Assembly (NCBI GenBank): GCA_964016885.1
Contig: OZ024746.1
Location: 43,400,001 to 43,464,000, forward strand
Direction of reading: 5' to 3'
Length of the DNA: 64,000 bases
DNA from: Eledone cirrhosa
Taxonomy: Eukaryota
The position numbers and the translations under genes were made by a program. This document shows positions 12,447 to 25,949 of this stretch, one piece after another; position 1 is the first letter of the stretch; each line of letters opens with the position of its first letter. The notes below the pieces were generated by a model. That model saw only the letters and a list, made by a program, of their open reading frames with translations. It had not been told where the DNA came from and searched no databases.

Positions 12447-13900
12447 CATCAGGCAGTAACGGTCCATAGAATCAAAGGCCTTCCTAAAGTCAATGAAAAC
12501 CATGACCGCAGGAAGGCACTTTGCTCTAGCTCCCTCTAATATCCTCCTCAGCATCAGGATGTGACTGGTGGTTGATCTACCCTCTCTGAAGCCGTTCTGG
12601 TTGTCCCTGAGCTTCTTCTCCATCTCAGGCTGGATCCTGTTAAGAATCATCCTGTTGAGGGTCTTTGCCAGAAGTGACGTCAGTGAGATCCCCCGGTAGT
12701 TGTTGGTGTTAGAGAGATCTCCCTTCTTTGGCACTGGGACGATGTTACTGATCCTCCACTGATTCGGGGCAACTCCTTTCTCCAGTGCCCCGTTACAGAA
12801 CCCCAGGATGATATCATCAAAATCACACCTCTTCATCACCTCTGATGCCACTCCATCTTCTCCATGAGCCTTCTCCCCAAGAAGATAGTGGACCTGATAT
12901 CACTGCTCTACACCAACACCAAAGCCCAAGTCATTACACCTGATGGGATGACAGAGTTCTTTGAGATACTGGCTGGAGTGCTCCAGGGAGATACATTGGC
13001 TCCCTACCTTTTTATCATCATAGTGGACTATTGTATGCGCCTTGCACTGGAGAAATACCAGGACTCTGGCTTTACTGTAGCACCGGTTCAGAGCAGGAGA
13101 GTTAGGGCAAAAAAGGTATCGGATGCTGAATTTGCCGACGACATAGTTTTGGTGACAAATACAGTGAAGGAGGCAGAGGATTTGATGCGGGAGGTTGAGA
13201 CTGTGTCGATGAGTGTGGGGCTGAGAATGAATGAGACTAAAACAAAATATCTGGTAGAGAATGTTGAGAAGCCAGAGGGGATCACTAATGTAGGCGGGAA
13301 GCCGCTGGAATTGGTTGAGGACTTCCTGTATTTGGGAGCAAAGATTGGGAATTCAGAAGATGATGTGGTTGAGAGGAAGAGCAAGGCCTAGGCGGCGTGC
13401 CACAGCTTGAGATCGGTGTGGAAGTCGGACTTTCGTAGAGACCTGAAAATCTGCCTCTTCATTGCTGTAGTGGAGTCTGTGCTGCTGTATGGGTCTGAGA
13501 CTTGGACACTGACCAAGAAACTCACTCAGATGGTGGATGGGTGCTACACGAGAATGCTGAGGATGGCTCTGAACATTAATCAGTATACACTGAGGATGAA
13601 AAACTCAGAGCTGTATGGGAGCCTCCCAAAAGTCAGCTCAAAAGTGACACAGAGGAGACTGGGGTTGGCTGGACATGCTCACCGACATCCGGAGTTGACA
13701 TTGCACTCAGTGCTCCTTTGGGAGCCCCTACATGGACACACTAGAAGAGGAAGACCAAGGTTAACGTATGTTGATGCCCTAAGGACAGACACTGGTCTGT
13801 TGGAGACGCAGGACAGGGCAGCGATAATGAGGGACAGAGACCGCTGGAGAGAACTCGTCCATGGATCTTGGGAATTTTACCCGCCTTAGATAGATAGATA
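12441..13900 (+). mobile_element. RTE/RTEX-like LINE, 5'-truncated with a 5' inversion (12441-~12877 inverted), inserted in (TA)n
   Basis: The minus segment encodes KAHGEDG..PKKGDLS..NYRGISL..QNGFR..FIDFRKAFDS. The plus segment continues PKKIV..GVLQGDTLAP..FADD..YLG..YGSETW..RRGRP with one internal stop at 13389-13391, then a (TAGA)n tail. Confidence 0.92.
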
Positions 13901-13976
13901 TATAAAAGAAATAATGTATACATATATATGTATATATATATATGTAGATATGTATATATACATATATGTGTGTGTG

Positions 13977-14013
<37 letters not shown>

Positions 14014-14299
14014 ACGAGATTATCATTATCATTATGAATTTGATATCTCTGTCATTGATGTTATTTAACTGGAAAATTTTCCCAAATGAACATTAATCTG
14101 CTACCTGCAGCCTAAGATATTCAGGACATACCAGGATGAGTGTCCTTGCTGTTTCCAGTAGGCATGCTTTTTGAAGTTTTATAAAAAAGAGGATTGGACT
14201 AATATTCTTTAGCCAACTTTGGAAACTCTTCAAGATAGTACCTATTCATCCTATGATTATAGGGATGACCTTATTATTATTATTATTATTATAAGAGGT

Positions 14300-15475
14300 T
14301 GATGAATGTGGAGAATGGGTAGAAAATAGAGGGGCTACTCTTTGAAGACTCAACAGAGGGGCTAGCAATCAAAGTTGATAGTTATGGGGTTAAGGAAGCA
14401 GGAATATTAAATATGGTAAAACTGGTGGATGTTCAAAACTAATCACTTGCACAATCAATCAGGTAATATATGACTGGTGTAGCAGTATACTCATCAATTG
14501 TTACAAGGGAAAAGGCGATGCTCTAGAAAGGAATAACTACAAAGGTATTAAAATGATGGATCAAGTTATGAAAGTGTCCAGGAGGATGCTAGCTCAAATA
14601 ATTAGAAAAAAGGATCTAGATGAGATGCAGTTTGCTTTTGTATGAGATAGAAGCACTACAGATACAGTCCTCTTAGTGAGATACTACAGGAGGAGTTTGT
14701 ATGTAAATATAAACTGCTATACCTTGCTTTTGTATATCTGGAAAAGGCCTTTAGCAGATTACTACAATCTGTCATCTCATGGTTTTTAATGAAACAGGGT
14801 GTAGATGAGTGGCTTGTGAGAGCAGAACAAGATATAAATAAAGATGATGTCAGCAAAGTGAAAGTAAGTAATGAGTTTAGTGAGGAATTCAATGTGCAGG
14901 TAAGTCTTCTTCAAGGCTCTGTTCATCCCACTCCTTTTTATTCTCCAGGCCATAAAATGAGTTTAAGACTAGCTCATTATGGGAATTTCTGCATGTTTAT
15001 CATATGTTCTTATACTAAAAGGTTCTGAGCAAGAAACATAACTTAAGATCAAAAGGTATCAGGGTAAATCTAGAAAAGTCCAAAGTTTTAGCAAGTAAGA
15101 CAGAAGACAAGACTGATTTCACCAGGGAAGTGGTTGTGCTTGATATACTGAAGAAGGGTAGGTAGAAATTCTATGTGATATACATAATGTAACATATGGG
15201 TACACAAGAGGTGCAGTGAGATAGCAATCAAACTAACAGAACAGGTTGACTTTGTATGTGGCAAATGAACTGGGCAGCTGCTTAGGAGAGCACCACTGAA
15301 ATACATTTTCCACATTCTAGGAAGGTACCATAAAAGTAGTTGATACTTTCCATTAACTAGGCGACCTATTTAAAAGTTGAGGAGTTTGATCTGAAAGAAA
15401 GGTAGCCACAATAAGAATGGGATGCATGAAATTCAAAGAACTACTACCACCTTTGACAACAAAAGGGTTTTCCAT
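14300..15475 (+). mobile_element. Degenerate RTE LINE RT fragment
   Basis: CYKGKGDALER.NYKGIK.MDQVMK, GVDEWLVRA and KW.C..C motifs with stops and frameshifts, homologous to 24056-25100. Confidence 0.85.
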
Positions 15476-17175
15476 AGCTTTGTGTGATCTTAGTTTCATT
15501 TTATAAGCAATGCTTTTTCTTAAAACTAAAACCTTTCCTATCTAGCCACCTCCAGAAAGGTTTGCCCAAAACTTGATATAAAATACTATCTATACTATCT
15601 GTAAAATGTTCTAGTGTGGTTTTATTATAACCAGTATTTACATTGTAATATCAAATGAAATAGTAGTCTGAAAATTATAAAGAAAAAAATGGTAAATATT
15701 TCTAAATCTGTAAAGTAATGTATAAAAAAGATAAAATAGAGTATTTGTTATGCAGTACAGTATATATGAGTAATGCATATAAAATCCACCCCTCAGGTAA
15801 TACATATAGGTCTTCAAGTTACATTAATATCAATTTACCACTGTTGGTTGGAATAGAACATAGTGTGTGTGCGTGTGTGTGTGTGTCTGCATGTGTAGTT
15901 GCATTATTAATTTTGACAACTATCTCAGATATATATAGATATAATTTCTCCTTAGTTTAACTGATCAGCTGTTTCCTCATTTTTATTGAAAGTAGTTAAC
16001 TTGTTACTTTGTTATCTCTATGGACATACTCAGACTTAGCTTTTTGCAGCATTCCAAAAAAAGACCTATTATCTTACCAAATATTTCCACATATTTAATG
16101 TAAACCTCATGTTATAGAAGCTCTATCAAACGAAGACTTGATTTTCTCGATAGCAGCAAGAAATAATTAGGTCTTCAACAGCTGTTGCATAATTCCAATG
16201 TAATAGTATGCCCCACTGTCATCTCCTATCAGGAACTGTCTTTTGATTTTTATAAATATGTCTTCTTTCAGTAGTAGCATATCCAATCTGTGATATGGCT
16301 TTCTATTATGTCAGAGTATTTCTGAGGATAGTAACACTGAAGTGATTTTTCACTGCCTTTTCATTGATTTCACAAAATCTTAGTGATTTCCCATTGCATT
16401 TCCCAAGTATGAAGTCTATAGCTTCTAGAGAAAATGAAATGGAAGACACATTATTAATGTAAATGGAATGAATAGCTACAACCATCAATCAAAAGTAGGT
16501 GAATGTCTTGACTTGTCAGGAGTACACATTACTTATAGTAGTCACATGTTTATTCTTCAGTAGTTCATGCTGTGAACTAATGAAATACTGGTCAATTATA
16601 CTAAGTGCTTTCTGCCTACAGTGGTTCTACTTCCCACTGGCACCTATTTACTGTTTGGTGAACTGCAACAGAAAGGCAGTAAAAGTAAACATTTGGATAG
16701 TTAGTTTGGCAACCACAGAGGACATATCTAAAATTTCAGGCAGAAATCTTTCTCTCCAAAGCAAAATATTTTTTCTCCCCTGGCAAATTAACACATCTCA
16801 TTTTTTTTGCTTTAACTCTATTAACTGTTGCCAACACTGACTCCAGCTAAATCTACTAAAATGTTAATGATTATATTTAATTATGAACTAACAATACATA
16901 AGTGTCTTTAACATGAAGCAATGGCAGTGATGAAATACAAACTGTGGGATCTTAACTATTACATATCTATTACAAGCACAAAGATAGATCTTTCGCATAT
17001 AACATAACTTTTCACTATCAGAGATCAGGTTCAAAATACTTAATATCCCTTATAAAAGGATTTGTTAAATGCATTGAACTATTCTCCCCAATGAGAGAAA
17101 TAGGTTACCATCATTATTACAATTATTACATTTATGCTGTTGCTGATGGTGATGATGATGATTATTATTATTATT

Positions 17176-17405
17176 GGATTGGCAGTATAGTTAGAGGGTT
17201 GGATGCCATGCTTTGCAGCATATAGTTATGGCCCTTAATGTTCTGAGTTCAAATCTCACCGAGTTTAACCTTGCCTTTCATCCTTACAGGGTCGATAAAA
17301 TAAAGCACCAGTAACGTACTGGTGTTGATTTAATCGACCCACCCCCACCCCCACAAATTACTGGCCTTGTGCCTATAGTAGAAACCATTATTATTATTAT
17401 TATTA
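17176..17405 (+). mobile_element. Near full-length tRNA-derived SINE (family A)
   Basis: A-box-like tggcagtatagttag, B-box gagttcaaatc, the shared core and an (ATT)n tail. Confidence 0.8.
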
Positions 17406-18710
17406 TGCAAAGAAGGAGGAGGAGAAGGAAGATGACACTGGATTCCTCAATAGAGATAATGTGATACTGGCTGACCATCACAGTTGTTCCTTTTCTTTTT
17501 ATTTTTGACAAAGTAAAATGTAACCAATCACCTGCTTTTACCAACTAAACTTTCTACTCCTAATTCTTTTTTCTCAAGTGGTAAAAGTTCAGTTTGTAAA
17601 ATAACAGCAACTATTTCACTAATAATGAGATTATATCTTCATACTATATTTTTTAAGGTACACTTTCTGGAATTTTACTTGTCCTGCTTTTTCTTTGTTA
17701 AAGGCATTGAAAATATAAATTAATGAACATCAAATACCATTTTTGTTCCACATATTTCTTCATATATTTACTCACAAAACCTGATGAACTAAGGGAGGGG
17801 GGGGGGGCTATTTAAATAACCTCTGAGTTATAGATTCTCTTAAGGAACTGTTTTTCTTTTTAATTTATAAGTGCAACTTTTCACTAGTTAAAATAAGCTT
17901 ATTTGCATCAGGAAAAAATTAGTAAAGAAATGATTAGCAAAACAGGAAAATTGAAGTGAGTATAGACATATCAAAATAATGATTTGGAGATTGATAGGCT
18001 CCACCACTCTTAACTTATTCATGGTGGAAAATCATATATATAGCAAATGTATATACATATATATAGCAAAATGGAATCATGTATTCAAGTTGACGAAAAA
18101 CAATATGGGTAGAAAGTAATAGTAATAAGCTGTAAGATGTTAAATATAGTCTAATTCTATCTGAAAAAAAAAAATTTTTTAATAATTTTCTATAATAATT
18201 GTGAAGAAAATAAGTCTCAAATTTCTACAAAGGAAGAAAAATAGGTATAAGATTAATATATCGGTTTAACTAAATTTCTGCGCTTCTTATTGGAAGAAAA
18301 AAGTTTTTTTTAATATTATTGTAAACAGAGAATACTATTGATATAACGTGATGATTAATGATTAAAACTACATATGATATACTTAACTGAAGAAACTACC
18401 TATCAAGAAAAAACACTGTAATTATGTCAATTTCTTTACATTGGGAATTTTTAATATCATATACTGAAATGTGAATAGAGTTCACTTTACTCTTATAAAA
18501 ATATCATGAGAAAATAATATTATGAATATAATATTGAATATATTTATGAAATGATACCTCTATTTTACTATTTGTAAATATATACATATAAAGGAAATAA
18601 ACATGAAGAATTAGCAAATATTGATACACCTACATATTTTTTACAGTGTCACAGGTATATTTACCTAACTGATCACCAGTTTCTTTCATATAAAAGAAAA
18701 TCTACAATCG

Positions 18711-18750
<40 letters not shown>

Positions 18751-19295
18751 TTTATCTGTTATATTAGATTATTTTCTTTTTATTATTTCCTCATGCTTTG
18801 TTTTAAAAAATATTGAAATTATTCTACTACAGTATTATTTACTGATTTTATCACATGAATTTCTTCCATGACAGTGTGGTGCATATTCAATAAGAAAAAA
18901 TAAAACATTAACTGAAGGGAGAGTATATAGTCTTGCTGTGATAGAGCAGCACATATGAAAGTATCTAGTAAATATCGACAGCAACAGCCAGACAATAAAT
19001 TTTCACTAAGAAGAAATGCTAAAGCTGCTTCTATGTAAATTTGTTTTGGAAACCTCATTTTTATCTACATTAAAGGCAAGATATAAAAGTAAATATGTTC
19101 TTAATCTATATTTTCATTTATTATTTCATCAGTTTGGTGGAATCTATCAGTCCATATGGTTGTAATTTGTGTATCTATTTTTTAACGTAAATCTATAGTT
19201 GATGTACAATCATAGTTACACACATTTACATGAATGAATACATGTTTATATGCATACGTATAAACCTATATACAATTATACACACAAAAACATCT

Positions 19296-19626
19296 GCTTA
19301 CACATATAACGGTATAAGTTTATGCATATATATTCGTCCGTGTGTGTGTATATATATATATAGATATAATGTGTGTGTGCACCCGCATGTGTGCATGTGT
19401 GTATGTATGTGGGTACCTAGATATATGCCAATACAAAGAAGCAAACACATGTCTACATAATTACATAAGAAAATACATTCTCTCTCTCTGTATATATATA
19501 TGTGTGTGTGTGTATATATATGTCTGTGTGTGTGTGTGTGTGTATATATATGTATGTGTGTATATATATATGCGTGTGTGTGTTTGTGTGTGTATATATA
19601 TATGTGTGTGTATATATATGTCTGTG

Positions 19627-19657
<31 letters not shown>

Positions 19658-19876
19658 ATATATATATGTGTGTGTATATATATATATGTATGCGTGTGTG
19701 TGTTTGTGTGTATACATATATATATATATATATATGCATTTGTGTTTTTCACTTTGTATTGCCATATATCTAGGTACTCATATAGACAGACACACACACA
19801 TATATATATATATACGTACATACACACACACACATATATATATATGCATAAACTTATACCAATATGTGTGTAAGCT
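19296..19876. repeat. Foldback: ~150-bp imperfect inverted repeats around a compound (TG/TA)n core
   Basis: ggtataagtttatgcatatata pairs with tatatgcataaacttatacc; gtacctagatatatgccaatacaaag pairs with ctttgtattgccatatatctaggtac. Confidence 0.75.
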
Positions 19877-21867
19877 TATATATATGTGTGTATGTGATTC
19901 TTTTTTCTCCCTCTATCTTTTTCTCTCCATTTCTCTCACTTTCAAACACATGCAAAGTAGTTATTTTAATAGTTCTAAAAATTTTCATTTGTATTATAAT
20001 CATACTGTACATTAAGAGATAATGAATTAAATTTATATTTATGATTATATCAAGTAGAAATTCCATATATAGAAAGATAAGTTAAAATATTTGTTACTTA
20101 TAATATTAAAAGATTTTGTGTTATATATTTGTTTAATTTTATGCTCATTTACACATATATCCAACACGTTTATTTATAATAAAAAGAAACACATAAAAAT
20201 TAGTAAGATTCATGTACAAATATTTTTTTTTAATGTTAAGTTTTATTCTACAATAAAGAAAATGATGTACCACTCATTAACAGTTAAAACAATACAACAT
20301 ACCTACTAATGTGTTAATGGAGACTGCGTCTTGATGTACATCAACAATTATAGCAGCATTCTTCAAACAATACTTTGTCAATCATATTTAGATAATATTC
20401 CTTTCAAGATAATTGAAATAAGCATGCTTGCAGCTTAAGATAACATAGTAGTCCACAGTTCTTTTCAGCAACATTTACAATGATTTCCACACTTATGTTG
20501 TCACAACTAGTACCTTAAATGTATTTTCATCATCATTTAACTTTGATAGAAATATATTAAGGTTTGAAGGAAAAGTATTGGTTAATTGATTTAGGAATTA
20601 CCTAGAATCTATTTTACTATGCAAAACTCTGAAAGATGTTTTATATCACCGATTACAAAGACTTCTTTTAGAATGTATTTCCATTTTAATCTTTGCTGCT
20701 GTCATTTTTTCTTATATATATGTCTCTTACATTAAGATAACATGTTTTATACATATAGTTAAAAGTTCAATGTTATGAAGTAAGGATAATTTCTTCAAAA
20801 TTTAGTTTGATACCTTCTTACAGATTTAATACAATTTTAACATTTATTATACTTTTCTGTATCTTTTAAGTAGAAAACAGTGGTTCATTATAATGATAGC
20901 TTACTAATAAAAGATACAGAGCATTTCATTTAATATTTGTTATGAATGCTTCATATTTTTCGATGCAACCAGAGAGCTACTATTGCAGACATTAACTGTA
21001 ACTCATCAATTATAGTCAAACAGAGGTGAATAAAAAACACTTAGTCAGTTGTTAAAATGAATGTGGTTAGGAATTAGAAAACATATATTTTAAACTCATA
21101 TACTTCTTTAAAAAATTACAAAAGGCACTATTCTAATGCATGAGTAATTCTAAAAATATATAATTTAAATAGAAATACTTTTTCCTTAAATAACAATCTA
21201 AAAAGTTTCTTTCTGGTACATATTTGTATGTGAATAAATATAGGACTTTGATTTTTAGATTGGTTATATTTGCATAAAGCTATGCAGTTTGATATTAACA
21301 TATTGGAAACTACATTGTTATATGAGTTAACCTAATTTGTGAACTTCAAAATTCAGAAAACAATTTTTGATTTTCAATTTACACAGAAAAAATGGGTAGA
21401 TGCTCACTATAATGAAAATTGTTTTTCCACCAAAGCTTTTTTTCTTCTAATTTTATTTTCAGAAATATCAATAAAAGCAGTAAAAAATGATTAGTTTCTA
21501 AGAAAAAATAACTTTTTTAACAACACCCAAATTGGTTTTAATGCAAGATAAATCTCAATCTTTCAGCATTATAATATACCGTTGCCAGAGGAAAAGTAGA
21601 ATGCATCAATTTGCACTTTACTAATGCTTTTGACAAAGTCAGTGTTCATCTCTATCAAATTGATCAATTTCAGTAAAAGAAAGTTGATGAAGGATTGCAG
21701 GTGCTTTATAATGCAAGTTTTATTTGCTGCTTATAAAAGGTTGCATGATCTTTTTCTTAGAAAGATAATGACTCATGAATATTAATGCCAATGTTGAAGA
21801 AAATGATATCTCTCTCTCACTCTATATATACATGTATGTATGTGTGTGTGTGTGTGTGTATATACAC

Positions 21868-21911
<44 letters not shown>

Positions 21912-21924
21912 GCACGCACACAAA

Positions 21925-22690
21925 CATCATTGTTTTTACATCCATTTTTCAAAGCTTGCATTGGTTGGACTGGCCCTTCTCAGCACACCATTTCTCCACT
22001 CAACACATTTCTTTGTCATATCCTCTATGAGACTTAGAGATTTGAGGTCAGCTCTCACCATCTCTGCCCAGGTCTTTCTTGGTCTACATCTACTGTGGCT
22101 ACCTTCCACTGGCATTTCCTGGCACTTCTTCACCCGTGAATCATCATCCATCTACTTAACATGGCCGTACTAATGCAGTCTTCTCTGCTGCACACCACTT
22201 TGGATTCCTCTTAAAACCAGCTTCTCCCTCAGTTCATCCAAGCTCTGCCTTTCTCTCAAATTTACATTCCACATCGAAAAAAGCATGACTGCTTCATTTC
22301 TCTCCAGTCTACATATGTCTTCTGCAGTTACTGCTCATGTTTCACTACCAAGTGGCATTGCACTTTCCACATAGGTTTCATACAGTTGTCCTTTTGTATG
22401 TAGGGAGAAACCTTTTGTAGTCAACAGTGGAAGTCACTCACTAAATATTTTCTATCCTATCTTTATCTTAGATATTATGCTCTCATAACACCCTCCTCCA
22501 CCGCTAATTAAGTCACCTAGATAGCAGAATCTACCAACCACTTCTATAGACTGTCCAGTGATTTGAAGAGGTTTATATCTCTGATCCTCTTCCCCGCAAT
22601 TACCTCTGTGCATCTACTACATACAAAGTTTTCCTTTCCTGTTAATGTACCCGTTATCCAACTATATCTCTTGTGTACCCTTAATAAGGG
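21925..22690 (-). mobile_element. Degenerate RTE LINE 3' fragment (short-UTR subfamily)
   Basis: ORF 21936-22151 (M.DDSRVKKC..VEGS..R.RPRKTW.E.VRADL) with upstream F.YLGD remnants. Confidence 0.85.
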
Positions 22691-22785
22691 TTGACATCCA
22701 CATAAAAAAAAAGAATTTGAACATGATGATGAAATGTGTGTGTGTGTGTGTGTATGTGTGTGTGTGTGTGTGTGTACTTCTGTTT

Positions 22786-23350
22786 CATCATCATCATCAT
22801 CATCATCGTTTAACGTCCATATTCCACGCTTGCATGGGTTTGGACGGCAGTTTTTCCACTTGAGGCAAGAGTGGTTGTCTTGCTCGCATAGGACTGTCTG
22901 GCGGGTTTTCTACAGATGGATGCCCTTCCTAACACCAACCACATTTACAGTGTGGAACTGGGAGGTTTTTACCGTGTTACCTACATGGCCACATTACAGC
23001 GTGGACTGTGTGTTTTTTTTGTCGTGACACCTACACAACCTCATTTGTTTCGGACTGGATGTTGTGGTACCAACATAACTTTACATTGAAAGGGGTGGTG
23101 TGGATGTGGTGGGGGTAGTGGGACGGGGGTGTATTTTGTTAGAGGTGCCTACTGACTGTAGTAGGTTTTACTTTGTATTTAGGTAAGGCGGGTCTTCTCT
23201 ATTACTGTGTAGCGCCAAAGATCTCGGTCCAGTGACATTGTCTTGGAGAGGTGTAAGTGTGTGAGGTCGGAATTTATCAAGTCATCCCAGGTTTTTCTGG
23301 GTCTGCCTACTCCGTGGCTACCGTCTATTTTTATTGCCCTGCACTTTTTT
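22786..23350 (-). mobile_element. Young 5'-truncated RTE LINE 3' end
   Basis: Nearly identical to the reverse complement of 30835-31390; (CAT)n tail. Confidence 0.92.
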
Positions 23351-23835
23351 AATAAGCGAATCATTACAACATCAGATAAAACGCTTTGCAGCATTTATTC
23401 AGGCTCTCTATATTCTAAGTTCAAATCCTTGTGGGGTCAAATTTACTGTTTATATTTTAGCATCAATAAATTAAATATGAGTCTAGTACTATGGTCAATT
23501 ATTATACTATGGTCAATTATTGTTCTCTCTCACAGCCCCCCTCCTTCTCTCTCTCTGCCTTGTACATGCAATTCAAATGTCTAGCCTTGTCTCATAGTGC
23601 CATGATAATTTGTCCAGAAAATTATGCTAGTACAGGTATCTATGGAATACTCAGCCACTTACATGTGAAGATAATGAGTAAACATTCTGTTGAATGAAAA
23701 ACTGGAAACTCTTCATTGAAATTGACAAAGAATCTATCACACACACACACAGATGATTATAGGTTAACATTTGTGTGAACATACACACACAAGTATATGT
23801 ATATATATGTAAGTGTGTATATATGTATGTACGTT

Positions 23836-23994
23836 TCAGAAGATCCCGTTAAGGGTGAAAGCAGCAATTCTTTGCTTAAACTTTAATCTGTTCTTATAAT
23901 AAATATTTGCTCTCTGAGTTTTCATACATATGTATATTTTATATATATATAATCCTTATTAAGCCCTCTGAATTTTAGTTTTCACATTTATTAT

Positions 23995-23998
<4 letters not shown>
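23836..23998 (+). repeat. TA-embedded cassette, direct repeat of 26007-26195, with a degenerate hammerhead-like start
   Basis: cagaagatcccgttaagggtgaaagcagcaattctttgctt...taatctgt...aataaatatttg is repeated at 26007-26085. Confidence 0.7.
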
Positions 23999-24055
<57 letters not shown>

Positions 24056-24057
<2 letters not shown>

Positions 24058-25552
24058 TTGGTGCAGTAGCATCATTGTCAACTGCTACAAAGGTAAAGGC
24101 GATGCACTAGATAGAGGAAACTATAGAGGTATAAAGTTGATGGACCAGGTCATGAAAGTAACAGAAAGAGTTATAGCACAGCTGATTAGGGACCGGGTGA
24201 ATATAGACGAGATGCAATTTGGGTTTGTTCCAGGGAAAGGCACCACTGATGCGCTCTTCCTTGTGAGGCAATTACAGGAAAAGTACCTAGCTAAAAGTAA
24301 GCCACTCTACTTGGCATTTGTCGACCTTGAGAAAGCCTTTGACAGAGTTCCACGTGCAGTAATCTGGTGGGCTCTTAGAAAACTAGGAGTAGATGAATGG
24401 CTTGTGAAAGCGGTACAAGCCATGTATAGGGGAGCAGTCAGCAAAGTTAGGATTGGCAATGAGTATAGCGAGGAATTTAGCGTACAGGTTGGGGTCCACC
24501 AGGGCTCTGTTCTTAGCCCTCTCCTGTTCATCATAGTCCTGCAGGCAATAACGGAGGAGTTTAAGACCGGATGCCCATGGGAACTCCTGTATGCTGATGA
24601 CCTCGCACTCATAGCTGAATCTATGGTAGAACTAGAGAATAAATTCCAAACCTGGAAGCAGGGACTAGAGAGAAAGGGCCTCAAAGTCAACATGACAAAG
24701 ACTAAGGTCCTTATAAGTAGACGAGAAAACAGAACCCAGATCCCCTCAGGGAAATGGCCTTGCTCAGTATGTAGGAAAGGTGTAGGTAGGAACTCCATTC
24801 TTTGCCCCAAATGCAAACAATGGGTACACAAGAGATGTAGCGGGATCTCAGGAAGCTTAATTAAGAATGTAGGATTCACATGCAGCAGCTGTGCTGAAAC
24901 AGCAAGCAAACAGCCACAGGAAACAAGTACCACCAATCTCTGGGAGGGCTCTGTAGAAACAGTAGACAGCTTCTGCTACCTAGGTGACCGAATTAGCAAC
25001 GGAGGTGGGTGCTCAGAAAGTACAATAACTAGGGTAAGAACGGGATGGAAGAAGTTTAGGGAACTACTACCACTGCTAGCTGCAAAAGGCTTCTCCCTCA
25101 GAATGAAAGGCAGACTGTATGATGCGTGTATCCGAACAGCGATGTTGCATGGTAGTGAGACCTGGGCGCTGAAGGTGGAAGACTTACGTAGATTAGAGAG
25201 AAACGAAGCCTGCATGCTCCGATGGATGTGTAACAGTAATATACGTGAACGACAAAGCATAAATGAATTGAGAGAGAGACTGAGCATAAGAGGAATCAAA
25301 TGCTGCGTGCAGGAGAGGCGGTTACGCTGGTATGGACATGTGATGCGTATGAAGGATGACAGCTGCATAAAAAGGTGCAGAGCACTAGAAGTTGATGGAA
25401 ACCGCGGAGTGGGGAGACCCAAGATGACTTGGGATGAGGTGATAAAAGCCGACCTTACCCAACTACACCTCTCAAAGTCAATGACACACGACCGTGACTT
25501 CTGGCGTCACGCAGTAATACAGGGTACCCGACCTCCCATGGGTACATGCTGA
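24056..25552 (+). CDS. RTE LINE ORF fragment: reverse transcriptase, embedded C4HC3 PHD-like finger and C-terminus (no endonuclease, no native start)
   Basis: QFGF..GKGTTDA, AFVDLEKAFDRV, GVHQGSVLSP, YADD, YLGD, HGSETW, RRLRWYGHV, GRPK.TW; the frame is open from 24056. Confidence 0.9.
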
Positions 25553-25855
25553 AGCATATAAACAATATGCCCCCCCCCCCCCCCACCGCAAGGTGGTCGT
25601 GGAGGTGCCACGGCAAAAAAGCACCCAGCCCACACTGTAAAGTGGACGTGTAGGCGCCACGAAAAAGCACCCAGCACTCACTGTAAATGAGGTTGGTGTT
25701 AGGAAGGGCATCCAGCTGTAGAAATCAAGCCAGATCAGTTCCTGTATGAGCAAGGCATGGTCAGCCGACCAGACACTGCCCACAACAGGACAACCCGTCT
25801 AACCCATGCTAGCGTGGAAGAACGGACGTAAAACGGTGATGATGATGATGATGAT
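24056..25855 (+). mobile_element. 5'-truncated RTE-clade LINE inserted in (TA)n, with 3' UTR and (GAT)n tail
   Basis: Uninterrupted RT frame, 3' UTR with stem-loop repeats, tail ggacgtaaaacggt(gat)n. Confidence 0.95.
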
Positions 25856-25949
25856 AGATAAGATACAAATTTAAATTTCGAAGACCAAAACAATGCGTTA
25901 TGAAGATTGTTAAAATGACAAAATAACAAAAGAATTTTCCTTAGCTAAT

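Noticed and set aside
16000-16700. Possible decayed DNA-transposon (hAT-like) coding remnant
   Set aside because: Too many stops and no diagnostic motif identifiable by eye.
24307-25422. Long antisense ORFs over RT regions (also 13088-13384, 27332-28511, 30002-30725, 34659-35141)
   Set aside because: Shadow frames of transposon coding sequence.
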